Source: Eledone cirrhosa (Eukaryota). From it: DNA of 64,000 nucleotides. Positions 44,897-57,489 of the stretch are shown one piece after another. The notes under the pieces were generated by a model. It saw only the letters and a list, made by a program, of their open reading frames with translations, did not search any database and was not told where the DNA came from. Within the stretch, counting starts at the first letter, position 1. Each line of letters starts with the position of its first letter. The stretch is taken from NCBI GenBank assembly GCA_964016885.1, contig OZ024742.1, positions 362,948,001-363,012,000 on the forward strand, given 5' to 3'. The translations under genes and the position numbers were made by a program.

Positions 44897-45725
44897 TCCG
44901 TTGTCAGTGTTGAACAAAAAGGTGACGTGGTTGCCTAAACACTGTACGGCGTAATTCGGGCTGTTTGTTTGTTTACAAACAAACAAACCGAGCATTATAA
45001 TAAATGTTCGGTAAACCGATACGTGCATATATATATATGCGTGTGCATGTATGTATATATATATACATACTACTGTACGTCTGTATACATATATGTATGT
45101 ACGTATACATACATACATACTTACATTTAAGTAAGTGTCGTACTAAGAGTGAGAAATGAAATTTCGTTTCATTGTATTCCATTTATATATATATATATAT
45201 ATTCATATTTATATACACACTTATATACATACATGTATACAGGCGCATATCGTTCTTTCTTCACATTGATGACATCCAAAGAATATTTCAGTTGAATACA
45301 AACATGAACACATTTATTACATAAGACTGCACCAATTGCCATCATAATACAGAGAATGTCTCTCTATAAAGACTGATATAGTTATCTTTTACCTTATGTC
45401 ATATCTCAATCAATTCACTTTGTTTAGCTTTTCTATTTCTTCACGTGTCCTAATGTTTCACTTCAATACACAGTGCAATTTAATTTTTTATTCATCAAGA
45501 ATAGAGCGGTTGGTGTTCAGCTAAGAGGTTAGCTTTCTATTGACCTCGACAATAAAGAGAGATCATTCTTATCAGCGCTGCCAGAAATAACATTATTTTA
45601 CTGCGCTCGACCATTAAAATGCAGACATACTGCTGTACCGTCTTTGGTTATAGTCAGGCATATCAACTCGATAACTGATCTTCTTCATGTCTGGTACTTA
45701 TTTTAATAATCATGTTGGAACCACT

Positions 45726-46299
45726 AAATAATTGTTTCTACTTTTGGCACAAGTCCAGCAATTACCATAGTGCATTACTGGTATTTTACTTTATCGACCC
45801 CGTAAGAATGAAAGGTAAAGTTAACTTCGGCGGGATTTGAACTCAGAATGGCAAGGACCGTAACTATATGCGTCAAAGCATGGCCTCCGACCCTCTACCG
45901 ATACTGCCAATCCACCGACGAAAAACCAAATAATTGTTTCTACATTTGGAACAAGGCCAGCAAGTTCCCAGTGCATTACTGGTATTTTATTTTATCGACC
46001 CCGTAAGGATGAAAGGCAAAGTTTACCTCGACGGGATTTGAACTCAGACCGTAAAGGGACATAACTATGCTGGAAATCATGGCGTCCGACCCTCCACCGA
46101 TAATGCCAATCTAAATAATTGTTTATATTTTTGGCACAAGGCCAGCAATTACCCAGTGTATTACTGGTACTTCATTTTATCGACCCCGTAAGGATGAAAG
46201 GCAAAGTTAACCTCGGCGGGATTTGAACTCAGAATGGCAAGGGCTGTCACTCTATGCGTTAAACATGGCGTCCGAACCTCTACCGATACTGCCAATCCA
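45726..46299 (-). mobile_element. Three head-to-tail tRNA-derived SINE copies (45726-45917, 45928-46111, 46113-46299)
   Basis: Minus strand has A-box-like TGGCAGTATCGG, B-box GAGTTCAAATCC and core GCCTTTCATCCTTACGGGGTCGATAAA. Confidence 0.85.
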
Positions 46300-46399
46300 A
46301 ATAATAATAATAATACATTAGTTAATGTGAATAACAATAACAATAGTTTAAATATGAATAATAGTAGAACACCTAGAAATAATAATGATAATACGAATA

Positions 46400-46860
46400 G
46401 TTTAAGTTATAGAAATAGCATGGAATTGAACTGTAACTGTAGAAGGCAATCTAATTGCCCTTTACAAAATAATTGCCTTGATAAGAATTTAGTATATAAA
46501 TGTACCATTAAGACAAATAATAATAATACTTATAACTACATAGGTGCCTCTTCATCGAACTTTAAGTTTCGCTTTTCCAATCATAAACATTCGTTTCTAA
46601 TCCAGATAAACATTTTTTTACATCACTATCACAATTAATATGGTCCTTGAAAGAGAAAAATATTAAATACTCAATTTCTTGGAGTAAATTAAAGAATTCT
46701 GATTTCAACCGGAACGCATCCATTTAACCAAATTGCAATCTTTGCAATTTAGAGACTCTATTACACATTAATTACACATTATGGTAATTTAATTAATAAG
46801 AAGAAAGAATTATTTAGAAGTTGTCTACATAAGTCTGGAAGAACCTTTCAAGCATTATAC
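46400..46860 (+). pseudogene. Frameshifted C-terminal GIY-YIG endonuclease of a Penelope-like retroelement
   Basis: CNC...CPL...C...LVY...YIG...FKFRFSNHKHSF, then in other frames LSQLIWSLK...ISW, CNLCNLE, LINKKKELFRSCLHK. Confidence 0.8.
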
Positions 46861-48000
46861 AAATTCCGAAAAAATATTGACTATTAATAATTCTTGAAAT
46901 ATTATTATATATATAACGCTTTGCCTTACCTTAAAAAGTGTATATCGTTTTTATATAGTAAATTGCTCTCATGATGAGTCGCGATATCCTAAGTTTGGAT
47001 TTAGAAAGGTCATTGTTTCACTAGAAATTTCTGAATTTGTGGTTTGAAATATCTTTTGGCTTTCAAAATACTTAAATATCTTAAATGTTCACATATGATG
47101 AACGAGTTATCTTCCTTTGTTTACATTCTTCGTAAATAATTTTCTTCTTTCCAAATTGCTTGCTAATATATATTTAACATGATTTATACAGTTTAATAAT
47201 ATATAAAAAAAATCCTTAAAGGGAAACTATATATAATAAGATGTAATTACGGAAATAAAATCGAAATAATAATACTTTTAACAGTAAATATAACTACTAA
47301 TTAATCCTGTAATGAAATGACAACCAATGAATTGAAATGATTTTATAATGAAAATAGAATAATTCAGATAATAATTCTTAACATAATATAAAATATATAT
47401 ACTGATGGTGATATATGCATGGGTTTTAATAAATATCCTTATACATATTTAATAGGTATTTAAACATGCTTTAAAGATAAAAATGTTTTTGAATATTGTA
47501 ACAAAATATTTAGTAAATATATTACTTAATTAAACTATGGTTCTGATTGTTATAGAAAATATTTTTATTAGTATAATTAGCTTAAACATAACCAAATACA
47601 AAAGATATTAAAAAATTTCATGGTATTTAACTGGTCGCCTCTATTTGACTTAATATTTGAAAGCAACAGTCACACGTCATTTCTCTTTCTTTCTTTTTTG
47701 CCGTTATTTCTTTCTTCTTCTCCCTTCTATCCCTCTCTCTCTTCCTTTTTTCTTCCCTAATACGTCTATTTACGCATTTAAATATTTATGTATGTATGTA
47801 TTTATTTATTTTCTTCTTGCATTTCCCCACACTCACCCCCTCCTTATACCCATATGTCGCTCCACATCCTCTTCTTCATTAAATTTAAGTTTATCATGTT
47901 ATTATTTGTGGTATATAAATGTTGAGATTTGTTGTAATAAATCACTGGCAATACTGGAATTGAACCATCAAGACCGTTGAGGTATGTCAATCATCAATTC

Positions 48001-48070
48001 ATGTATTTTATCTGACGAGGACGTACTGAAAAAACAGCACAGTACCTTCGAAATATATACAATAAAACAT
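48001..48070 (+). ncRNA. Hammerhead motif with the cleavage-site U apparently mutated, ~1.1 kb downstream of the GIY-YIG remnant
   Basis: TTTTAT-CTGACGA-GGACGTACTG...CAGTACCTTC-GAAA-TATATA-CA-ATAAAA; overlaps AATAAA. Confidence 0.6.
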
Positions 48071-48258
48071 ATATTTTGATTATGTGAATGTCTTCATTTA
48101 TTAATATTCTGAATAATATTTATATATAACTATATATATATTATTTATTTATCTTCATACACTGAACAAAACACTCCCTAAGATTTCAAGGCGCAATATT
48201 GCTCATACCTTCAGAATGTAGGATGGTGAAATTCTAACTTAATTTTCAGGTTACGAGT

Positions 48259-48420
<162 letters not shown>

Positions 48421-49994
48421 GAAACATTACTTGTTTTCTTTTGCTATCATTTGCCCTTGGTAATTTATTACTGCATTTTACCGGTCTTTTAAAAGTTTTC
48501 CAGTATATTTAATCAGTTTCCCAGTTTAAAAGTTTCCCAGTATATTTAATCATAATATTTGAGGGCTAAAACCCTCTTTTCAAATGTGGAGCTAAAATAA
48601 TTCAAAACACGATGACTTCGCGATGTAGCAACGGGCCTATGTGTCTAAAATACACACGTACGAAATCGTTATAGTAACCAGTCTGCTTCACATATTTCCA
48701 ATCTAATATTTAGATATACGACAGGCTTCCGCAATTTTCAACTACCAATTTGCACTCACAGGGCATTGGTAAACCCGAGGCCACATCAGAAGACACGTGC
48801 CGAATGATCCGTACAACCGTACTGAATACATCGAGACCTCTGGTGACCTCAGTTCCAGCACTGCCGATTTCGTCCTTAAAATCGGAAAGACACCAGCTCA
48901 CCTGAGAAAGGGGCCCCATCACGTGGCGTGGTTGTTGCAGCGGTTGTCACTAGCCATTCCCCGTGGCAATACCATTTTGTTTGGAGACAATTCCGATTGG
49001 GATGTACAATCTCTACCACCGTCCTCGTCTCCCATTCTTTCCTTGCGTAATTCTCTTTCTTTTCCTTTCCTCCTCTTTCCTCTTCGTTTCCTTTAATTGT
49101 TTTTATCCAAATATTTTTTTTTCAAAATTGTTTTTCATTAGACATATTTTAAGTAGAAAAATATAACATATTTCTAGTTAACATATGATCAATATCCTAT
49201 CCTGTATCAAGGAATTTGTAATCGATTTGTGTTGAGTTTTTATTATTGTACCAATGGTGGTAATATATCATTGGACGTAGACTAGCTGCGAAGTGAAGTG
49301 TTTTGGCTGACATGTATGAGAGAGTAGGTTCAAGCCCACTATATTATATCAGGTCTCTTGCAGCTTTGTGGCTACTCGCCTGATGGACTCTGTTATTCAA
49401 ACGGCCATCCTTGTCACACAATATATTATGCTGAACCTACCAGAAAATAACTTTTAGGTTTTATATTTCTGTGGGATACTCAGCTAATTACTTGTTGGTT
49501 AAAGGTATAGAGTATTCTGCTAACCGAGTAATTTATAATTCCATTGTCGAAACCATTGGCGGTTTAGTTATCTTTTAATATAACCATAGCTCTTTTGTCA
49601 TGCTTCCCACTTTAGAAGTCTTGAGTTCAATAAGTAAGGAAATTCTCATTGCATACACACTTTCTGCCTTTTGTTAATAGCAATGAAATAGCATCTATAT
49701 TTACAAGGATGGACGATATATCCGCAGGATGGAAATAAAGTGGTTTCTTCCTGAATTTAGCTCGTTAATGATAATGAGAGATGAATTATATATATTTCAG
49801 CTAGGAATTTGATAGCATGTTCTATTTTAACTGTTAATCTGCTTGATGATAAAGCTTGATTTCACCATTTTAATTCCAAGTTGCCTGGAACTACGACTAA
49901 TTCTAAGGCTCAACATTCTTTACTTTAAAGTGTTTATATTTATCAAAAGAAACATAATATTATGTAAGAATCTTTGTTATGTTATATTTCACTT

Positions 49995-50320
49995 GTCCTC
50001 TCAAGGAAGCCTGCGCGGTACACTCTACATGTGAATTGTGTTCCATTGAAGCAGGTAGAGAAGTTTAAGAATCTCGGGGCAGTGTTCACAAGTGATAGTA
50101 ACCCTGAGGCAAAATTAAGTGCAGTAATGCACCAGGTTCAGCATTCTGCTATCATAAGCAGAGAGGTAGGTGTAAAAGCGAAACTCGCTATCTTCAATCT
50201 GGTATTCGAGCTAACCCCTACCTAGGGTCATGAATCTTGGGTAATGACTGAAAGAATACGATCGTGCATACAAACGGTCGAAATAGGTTTCCTCAGACGG
50301 ATCTTTGAAGTAACGTTACT
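49995..50320 (+). pseudogene. Degenerate RTE-clade LINE RT C-terminal fragment
   Basis: PLKQVEKFKNLGAVFTSD...KAKLAIF...PT*GHESWVMTERIRSCIQTVEIGFLRRI. Confidence 0.75.
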
Positions 50321-51111
50321 GGTGATCAGGTATGGTATATGTGGGCCAAGAAGAAGAAGACATGAATAATGAGGAGGATTAATACTTAGAGTAATTATTA
50401 ATTCTGAGAGTGAAGAGAAATTCGTAATTATAATTAATTAGAATAAAAAAATATACAAATATAATTTAAACGTTGTAGTTTTAGATTTGCTTAATTGTGG
50501 TATCTCAGCGAAATATAGTTTTTAACCTTTGTGACAGTTGAATATAAGATCAGAGGAAGATAATCCGACTTTGTGAATAAACACTGCATTGCTTGACAAA
50601 CGAGCCCAAAGCTAATGATGAATAAATGAATTAGTTGTATTCTTACATAAATAAATGACCACACGAGGAAAAAACATCTGTAAAGGGTTCCACTGTTACC
50701 CATAATGTGTTGGAACAAAATATATTAATTCTAAATAAATGAAAGGGAAAATAGGCAATGACATAAATTGAACCTATCATGGATGAGGGGAAACAAATAC
50801 TACACGGCACTGAGCCCATATGCTGCTGAGTCGTACCTATTGTTTCTACTTCAAAATCATGAGGTCTTGGGTTCCATCACACTGCAGGGCTTCATAGGCA
50901 TTTGTCATATGCCATAGCCTGCGTCGGGTCAAGCTTTGTGAATAACATGGTATATTCGGGAACAGTGTGGTAGCCCCTCAAATAGACTGGAGAATTACCT
51001 CACGCGTACACGTGTCTGTGAAATTTTCAACCAGATACACATTAATCTTACGAGCAAGCTGTTCCGTTGACCGAATATTTGATACATTCATCGTCAAAGC
51101 CGGCAGAAGTC

Positions 51112-51952
51112 CATCATAATCACCACCACCGCCACTACTACCACCATCTCCACCACCACCACCACCACCACCACCACCACCACCACCAGCCGCACCACTA
51201 CCACCACTACCACCGCCACCGCCACCACCACCTTCACCATCACCACCACCACCACCAACACCACCATCCCTATCACCACTACCACTACCACCACCATCAT
51301 CACCATCACCATCACCACCACCACCATCACCAATACCATCACCACAACCACCACCACCATCACCATCACAACCACCACCACCACCACCATCTCCACTACT
51401 ACTATCACCACCATAACCACCAAAACCACCACCAACATCACCACCACCACCACCACCACCATCACCATCACCACCACCACCACCACCACTACCACCACCA
51501 TCACCAACACCACCACCACCACCACCACCACAACCACCACCACCACCAGCCGCACCACTACCACCACTACCACCGCCACCGCCACCACCACCTTCACCAT
51601 CACCACCACCACCACCAACACCACCATCCCTATCACCACTACCACTACCACCACCATCATCACTATCACCATCACCACCACCACCACCACCATCACCAAT
51701 ACCATCACCACAACCACCACCACCATCACCATCACAACCACCACCACCACCACCATCTCCACTACTACTATCACCACCATCACCACCAAAACCACCACCA
51801 ACATCACCACCACCACCACCACCACCATCACCATCACCACCACCACCACCACCACCACTACCACCACCATCACCAACACCACCACCACCACCACCACCAC
51901 CACCATCACCACCACCACTACCACCATCATCCTCATCACCAGCAGCATCATT
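51112..51952. repeat. (CAC)n-type triplet tract containing a ~360-bp internal duplication
   Basis: Identical 60-mers start at 51181 and 51541. Confidence 0.95.
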
Positions 51953-53789
51953 ATCCCACTAGTTTCGTAACAGTTTCAGAAAGAATATCGAATAAAAAAA
52001 AAAATTAAAAACAAGGTTTTATGAAATAAATATTTCATAAGAAATAGCCAGCAGCAACTAGGTAAGACATTATATTTCAGTAATAGAATGAGGTGAATTA
52101 GTAGAGTTGTTAGGGCGTTGGATTAAACACCTCGGTATTTGTTCCGGCCCACTGGGCTCTCAAATCACATTGACACCCGTATCGATAGATGAAATAGCAG
52201 TTGGGTACTGAGGTCGATTTTTCCTCTATCTCTCTTTAACCCTCTCTCCCCCTCTCCCTCTTTGGAAGAAATCGGCTGCTTCCAGACCTGGAATGGATGG
52301 CATCTGCCAAGCTTTAAATGTCCAAAGTCTCACCGTGCTTCGGAACGGTGCCCCCACCCCTACTATTCCACCAGGAATTAAAGACTCTTTTCTTTCTCTC
52401 TTTCTGCCTTTCTTTTCACTATAATGTCTATAACTGAATAGAAACACCGAACATGAAGGAATGTAGGAAATGTGTTCACTAAAATAAACTACGACCTCAT
52501 TTACTGGTGCATCAGATATTATATCAAAATAAACTTATTTTAGAAATGCATAGAAAAATGTGTTTGTTGATATTTTATATATTACTGATTTTTTAAAAGC
52601 AAGTATACGTGTGTTCTTTCTTTTCTCTTCGAAATTAAAATCGATAAGATCATATATCGATTGGATGTAAATTAAATTTAGCTGATTTTTATCGAAGAAT
52701 GAAGACTAAATGCTATCATTTTATTTTATTTTCGTACGTTTGAAGTTAATCTTCTTAAATCAGTAGGTATTAAATTAACTTTCAAGCTTCTTTATCAAAG
52801 AAATACTAGCGAGGGTTTGATATTTTTACTCTCTATATTTTGTTTATCTACATGAGAGAATAACTTCTGTAAACAATCTGAGTTTTCAATTTTAAAACTA
52901 TTTATAGAATGTTTGAGACCAGGATAATTTAGTAGCAATTTTCAATAACGGTTTATATTTACGACAAAGTTATATTCCGGAGTTCGACAAAGGAATGTAA
53001 ATACTGGAAAGCATAAGAAGCGTTTAGTAAGTTGAAACGTTTACGAGTTTCTGTTGCGTTTTTGCAGATGCTACATCAACATATATTAGATATGATATAG
53101 TAGAACACAATCTAGCATACAACTAGTTAAGACGGCGAAAATGAAAAAAGAATCACAAGGGATTATATCCCCGATTTTATTCAGCGAGATTATAGTTAAT
53201 ATGTTTTCTAGTAGGCTTTTCAAAGACGAAAAACAAAAGCATTAAAAACTACTGTATTAAAATATGTGGAAGGATGTATAGGTGTATGGGGATAAGTATG
53301 GAGAGATTTATAGATCAAAAATATATTGGTAGGTAATTTGGACATGAAGGCGGGAAATTGTCAGATTTATGAGATTGCCAGATTTAAAATGACTCGGTAT
53401 TTGTTCCGGCTTAACATGCTCTAATTCTACATTACTTTTCATTATTTCAAGGTTGATAAAGGAAGTAGTATTCCGTTACTCGGCTCAATTCTTCCTTCAT
53501 CTCAATTTACAACCTTATTTAATTTCCTTCCCTTCTCTATAAGAAATCTGCTCTTTTCAGACCTCCGCCAAGTTTAAACTCCCTAGAATATAGCATGTGA
53601 CTGGAGGATGACCCTAATTTCGATCAGAGTCATTTCCTTATTTCTCTATTTTGTATATGTCAATGCCATTGTATTCCAATGGAACTGTTTTATAGAGAGA
53701 GGTGCATTCCGCTGTTTGGTGGAGAGTATTATAGTTTGAAGAATATAGATGTGAAAAAATGTAATCTGAGTTTGGAATGAGGAGACGAA

Positions 53790-53950
53790 GACGGTGAATT
53801 GGCGGAATCGTTTGAACGTCGCATTAAAAATTCCACAGTATATGTTTTCGTATATAAATAATTCTGTGCACTGAGTCTAAATCCCAGCAAGGTTAAATTT
53901 ACCTTTCTTCCTTTTAGTGTCAATAAATAGAATACCAATCCAGTACTGGG
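53790..53950 (+). mobile_element. Diverged tRNA-derived SINE copy
   Basis: TTGGCGGAATCG...GAGTCTAAATCCC...GGTTAAATTTACCTTTCTTCC. Confidence 0.65.
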
Positions 53951-54236
53951 GAAGATTGATCCGCTGTAACATTTTCTCGCATTCTCTATGTCTCCTATCG
54001 TTCGCCCTCTTTCTCTGGAAGAACTCGGCTATATTCCGACCTGAAAATTCATGAACCTCGCCCCGTTATATGCCCTAGAAACTTTGTATGTCAGCCTTTA
54101 GAATACAAACATGAGAGGTCGCTACTTGAAAGATAGTAGTCCGAGGCAGGTTGTATTGCAAGTTTCTAGTATTGACATTTGGTGGGTCACAGAAATTTTT
54201 CTAACTGTATTTAATTTATATTTATATTTTCATATG

Positions 54237-54296
54237 AGTCTAGAAATAGCCGTCGAAATGGCTTGAGCTCTGCCGTCGGGGTCATACATTTTCCTA
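54237..54296. mobile_element. Family A single arm without tail, ending in TA repeats
   Basis: AGAAATAGCCGTCGAAATGGCTTGAGCTCTGCCGTCGGGGTCATAC...TTCCTA matches 44426-44480. Confidence 0.8.
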
Positions 54297-55026
54297 TATA
54301 CATTTTCCTATATATATATATATTCAATGTGTGTGTCACGTACTGAAATGTCGTCAGAACATTTTTTCGATATTTTCACGGGAAACAATCTTCTCACTTT
54401 TGTCACGCTCTGTTGCTGTTATGACTATTATTATTTCTTCTTTTAATTTCACAAACATTTTAATTTGGTCATGTTTTCGGCTAGACAGACTCTACTCATT
54501 AATTATTAATCAAAATATAATTATTTTGGCTTTCTTTTGAATTTAAATTTCCATAGCGATACAAAAGAAAACTCAAGCATGACGTCACAGACTTAACTCT
54601 TAATTTTCTCTCCCACATGAAATCACCTAAGCTAGACATGCTTAGAGTTATTTCAACAACACTATCAATACAACCGTTTAGAAATTAAATGTTTTACTCT
54701 GATACTACAACGTTTAACTATGATCTGTACCCTAGTAGATATTTGAATTAACAAAGCGCAATAAACCAGAAAACAATACAGAACTAAGACAGCATCACAT
54801 TAAATATGGAAGATTTTGCTCTAATTCTGTAAGATTCTTTAAAGATTTTGCCCTCTGGAAAAGATGCTATAAACATCTGAATTAACAAACATTTTTTTTG
54901 ACATTTTGTGCTAAAATAATTATAAGTTGTTAAATAACAGAGGTTATAATTTTCCGTAATTCTCGGTTCCAGAACAATGCCAGATTTTGCTTTGGGAGGG
55001 AGTGTATAGTAATTCTTTAGAAAAAT

Positions 55027-55217
55027 ATAATTGTTTCTACTTTTGGCACAAGACCAGCAATTATCCCAGTGTATTACTCGTACTTTATTTTTGTCGACCC
55101 CGTAAGGATGAAAGGCAAAGTTAACCTCGGCGGGATTTGAACTCAGTCCGTAAAGGGACGTAACTGTGCTGCAAAGCATGGCGTCCGACCCTCTACCGAT
55201 ACTGCCAATCCACCGCC
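55027..55217 (-). mobile_element. tRNA-derived SINE copy, apparently full length
   Basis: High similarity to the 45726-46299 units. Confidence 0.85.
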
Positions 55218-55620
55218 CTTCTTTAGAAAAATATAATGAAGACTTTCCCGAAACATCGACCAACATATGAAAGCGAAAATGCTTGAAATTCTATATAAAG
55301 CTGCGTAGTAAAACTAACGAGAATTAACTTATGTAATCTTGGGGCAATGGAAGAGTATGAATAGGGGTCTATAAATATCAGCATGCATTTGTGTGTGTGT
55401 GTGAGTGTTTGTGTGTGTGTATGTGTGACTGTGTGTGTGTGAGTGTGAGTGTGAGTGTGAGTGTGTGTGTGTGTGAATGTGTGAGTGTGTGCGTGTGCGT
55501 GTGTGCGTGAGTGTGTGTGTGTGTGTGTGAGTGTGTGTGTGTGTGTGTGTAGCGTGGATTATTGAACAGGATATTCCTGATACTATCTTAAAATTGTTAG
55601 TTAGATTAATGGTCATGAGC

Positions 55621-55728
55621 TGTCTTCTTCAGCAAGTTATCCCCCCTTGTCTCCTTCAGCAAGTTATCCCCCCTTGTCTCCTTCAGCAAATTATCCCTTG
55701 TTGTCTCCTTCAGCAAGTTATCCCCTGT
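55621..55728. repeat. 27-bp minisatellite, 4 copies
   Basis: Unit TGTCTCCTTCAGCAAGTTATCCCCCCT. Confidence 0.9.
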
Positions 55729-55847
55729 TTTCTCAGACCACTCAGCTGGCAAGAATTAGTTGTTGTACACTGTGTAACGTTGAATCTCCATAGGAACTAC
55801 GTTAAGAGGACACGTGTCTGTGAAAGTCTCAGTCAACGCAAGTCAAA

Positions 55848-55990
<143 letters not shown>

Positions 55991-56028
55991 TATATAAATT
56001 AACAAAGAAGCCTTTAATACATTAAAAA

Positions 56029-56090
56029 TCTTTATTTGTTGACAATGTTTCGTCCCATTAATTAGGGCTCATCAGAGCAAGGAAAAGACA
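56029..56090 (-). ncRNA. Minimal type I hammerhead with intact core, followed by AATAAA and, ~35 nt later, (TA)n
   Basis: Minus strand: TTGCT-CTGATGA-GCCCTAATTAATGGGAC-GAAA-CATTG-TC-AACAAATAAAG; GUC triplet at 56043-56041. Confidence 0.75.
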
Positions 56091-57489
56091 AGAAATATCA
56101 TCGGCTAGAACAAGCCAAAATTCAGAAGAATAGCGAATGGATATTTAGGAAAATTTAGGAAAATTATCATGGAGAGACATGTTAAACCTAATAGGGTGCA
56201 TTTGTAAATAAAAACTATAGGGCAAGAGAGCAAGCAAACATTAAACAAACCCACGTTAAAAGTACAATATAAGTCTAATACTCGAAATACAACATAGTAA
56301 TATAATGCGAGAAATAAGATATCAAAATTATAATATAATATACAATACAATGCAATACATAATACAGAAATAAAATTTAATATATATATATCTACACGCA
56401 CTCAGACACATATATATATCCACACACACACATATACACATTTACACATACACATATTAACACAAATATATAAATATAAGCATTATAATAGAATAATCAC
56501 CCTGACGGTGTGATTAAACAATACTAAAATCAATGAAAATAATATATTGACATTAAAAAAATTTAAATACATCCAACGTACCATGCAAAGTCAACAAAAC
56601 GTGTACAAAAACATAATGTATTCCACAGGGTAAAAAACAATACCATAAAATAAAATAAAGTATGGTAAAAAAATATATACATATATAATAGACAATAAAT
56701 ATACAGAGATATAGGCAATTCAAATACATATAATATTACATATTAATATTTCAATACCAGACACATAATAGCAAGGGAGAAAGTTTTAAAACGTATTTAC
56801 ACAATATATTCATCGACACAAGTGACAGAAGGTAGTAAAGACAGACAGAAGCAACAAAGTATATCATAGCAAAACAAAACGAAAACAAAAACAAACACAA
56901 ACACAAAATCGCGTAGGCGCAACAAACTGTTAGGTGAAAATAAATGATACAACTATTCAAAGTCAAAAAATTGAATTGAAACCCTTACTAATTTTAATTA
57001 ATTTTATAATAGTTAAATAAACATTATGGAGCACTCCATTTGGAACAAAATTTAAGTCACTAATGCCGATAGAGATTAAGATATTTCAATAAATGAGCTA
57101 ATACATTCATCGAAGATATATTAATTTCCGTTATGACGGCTGACGTTATCCAAAGTAAAAATTCCAATTAAAACTATGGTAGACAAAAAGGAACAGAAAG
57201 AAGTAAAACTATGGAGGACAAGAAGGAACATAAAAGTATAATATATATATATTCAATAAGGCAAAGATTAAGTGTAGAGAGAATGAGGTTCATTAGCCGT
57301 AGATGTAGAAGACTAAAATTAAACTATTAGTTAGTCAAGGAGACAATAAGATACACTCCAACCAAGGATGAATATAAAGATAGAAATATATAAGTCGACA
57401 AAGGATGAGTAAAAATATAATAATGGACAAGGTGTTAAATAGGCTAAATCAGCTAAAAAAACTAGAAAACTAAAATCAATAAACCGTAG

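Larger units (their letters stand above)
44502..45184 (+). mobile_element. Family E mini-element: ~290-bp inverted arms (44502-44788 and 44834-45126) plus ~58-nt tail
   Basis: Near-perfect reverse-complement arms, 45-nt spacer, (TA)n flanks. Confidence 0.87.

Noticed and set aside
46965-47060. Possible second hammerhead after the GIY-YIG remnant (ATGATGAG...GAAATATC)
   Set aside because: Core is mutated, helix II is mostly G-U, and there is no convincing helix I or III.
51067-52008. Poly-His and poly-Val ORFs
   Set aside because: A triplet microsatellite open on both strands with no domain content; coding is not excluded but is unsupported.
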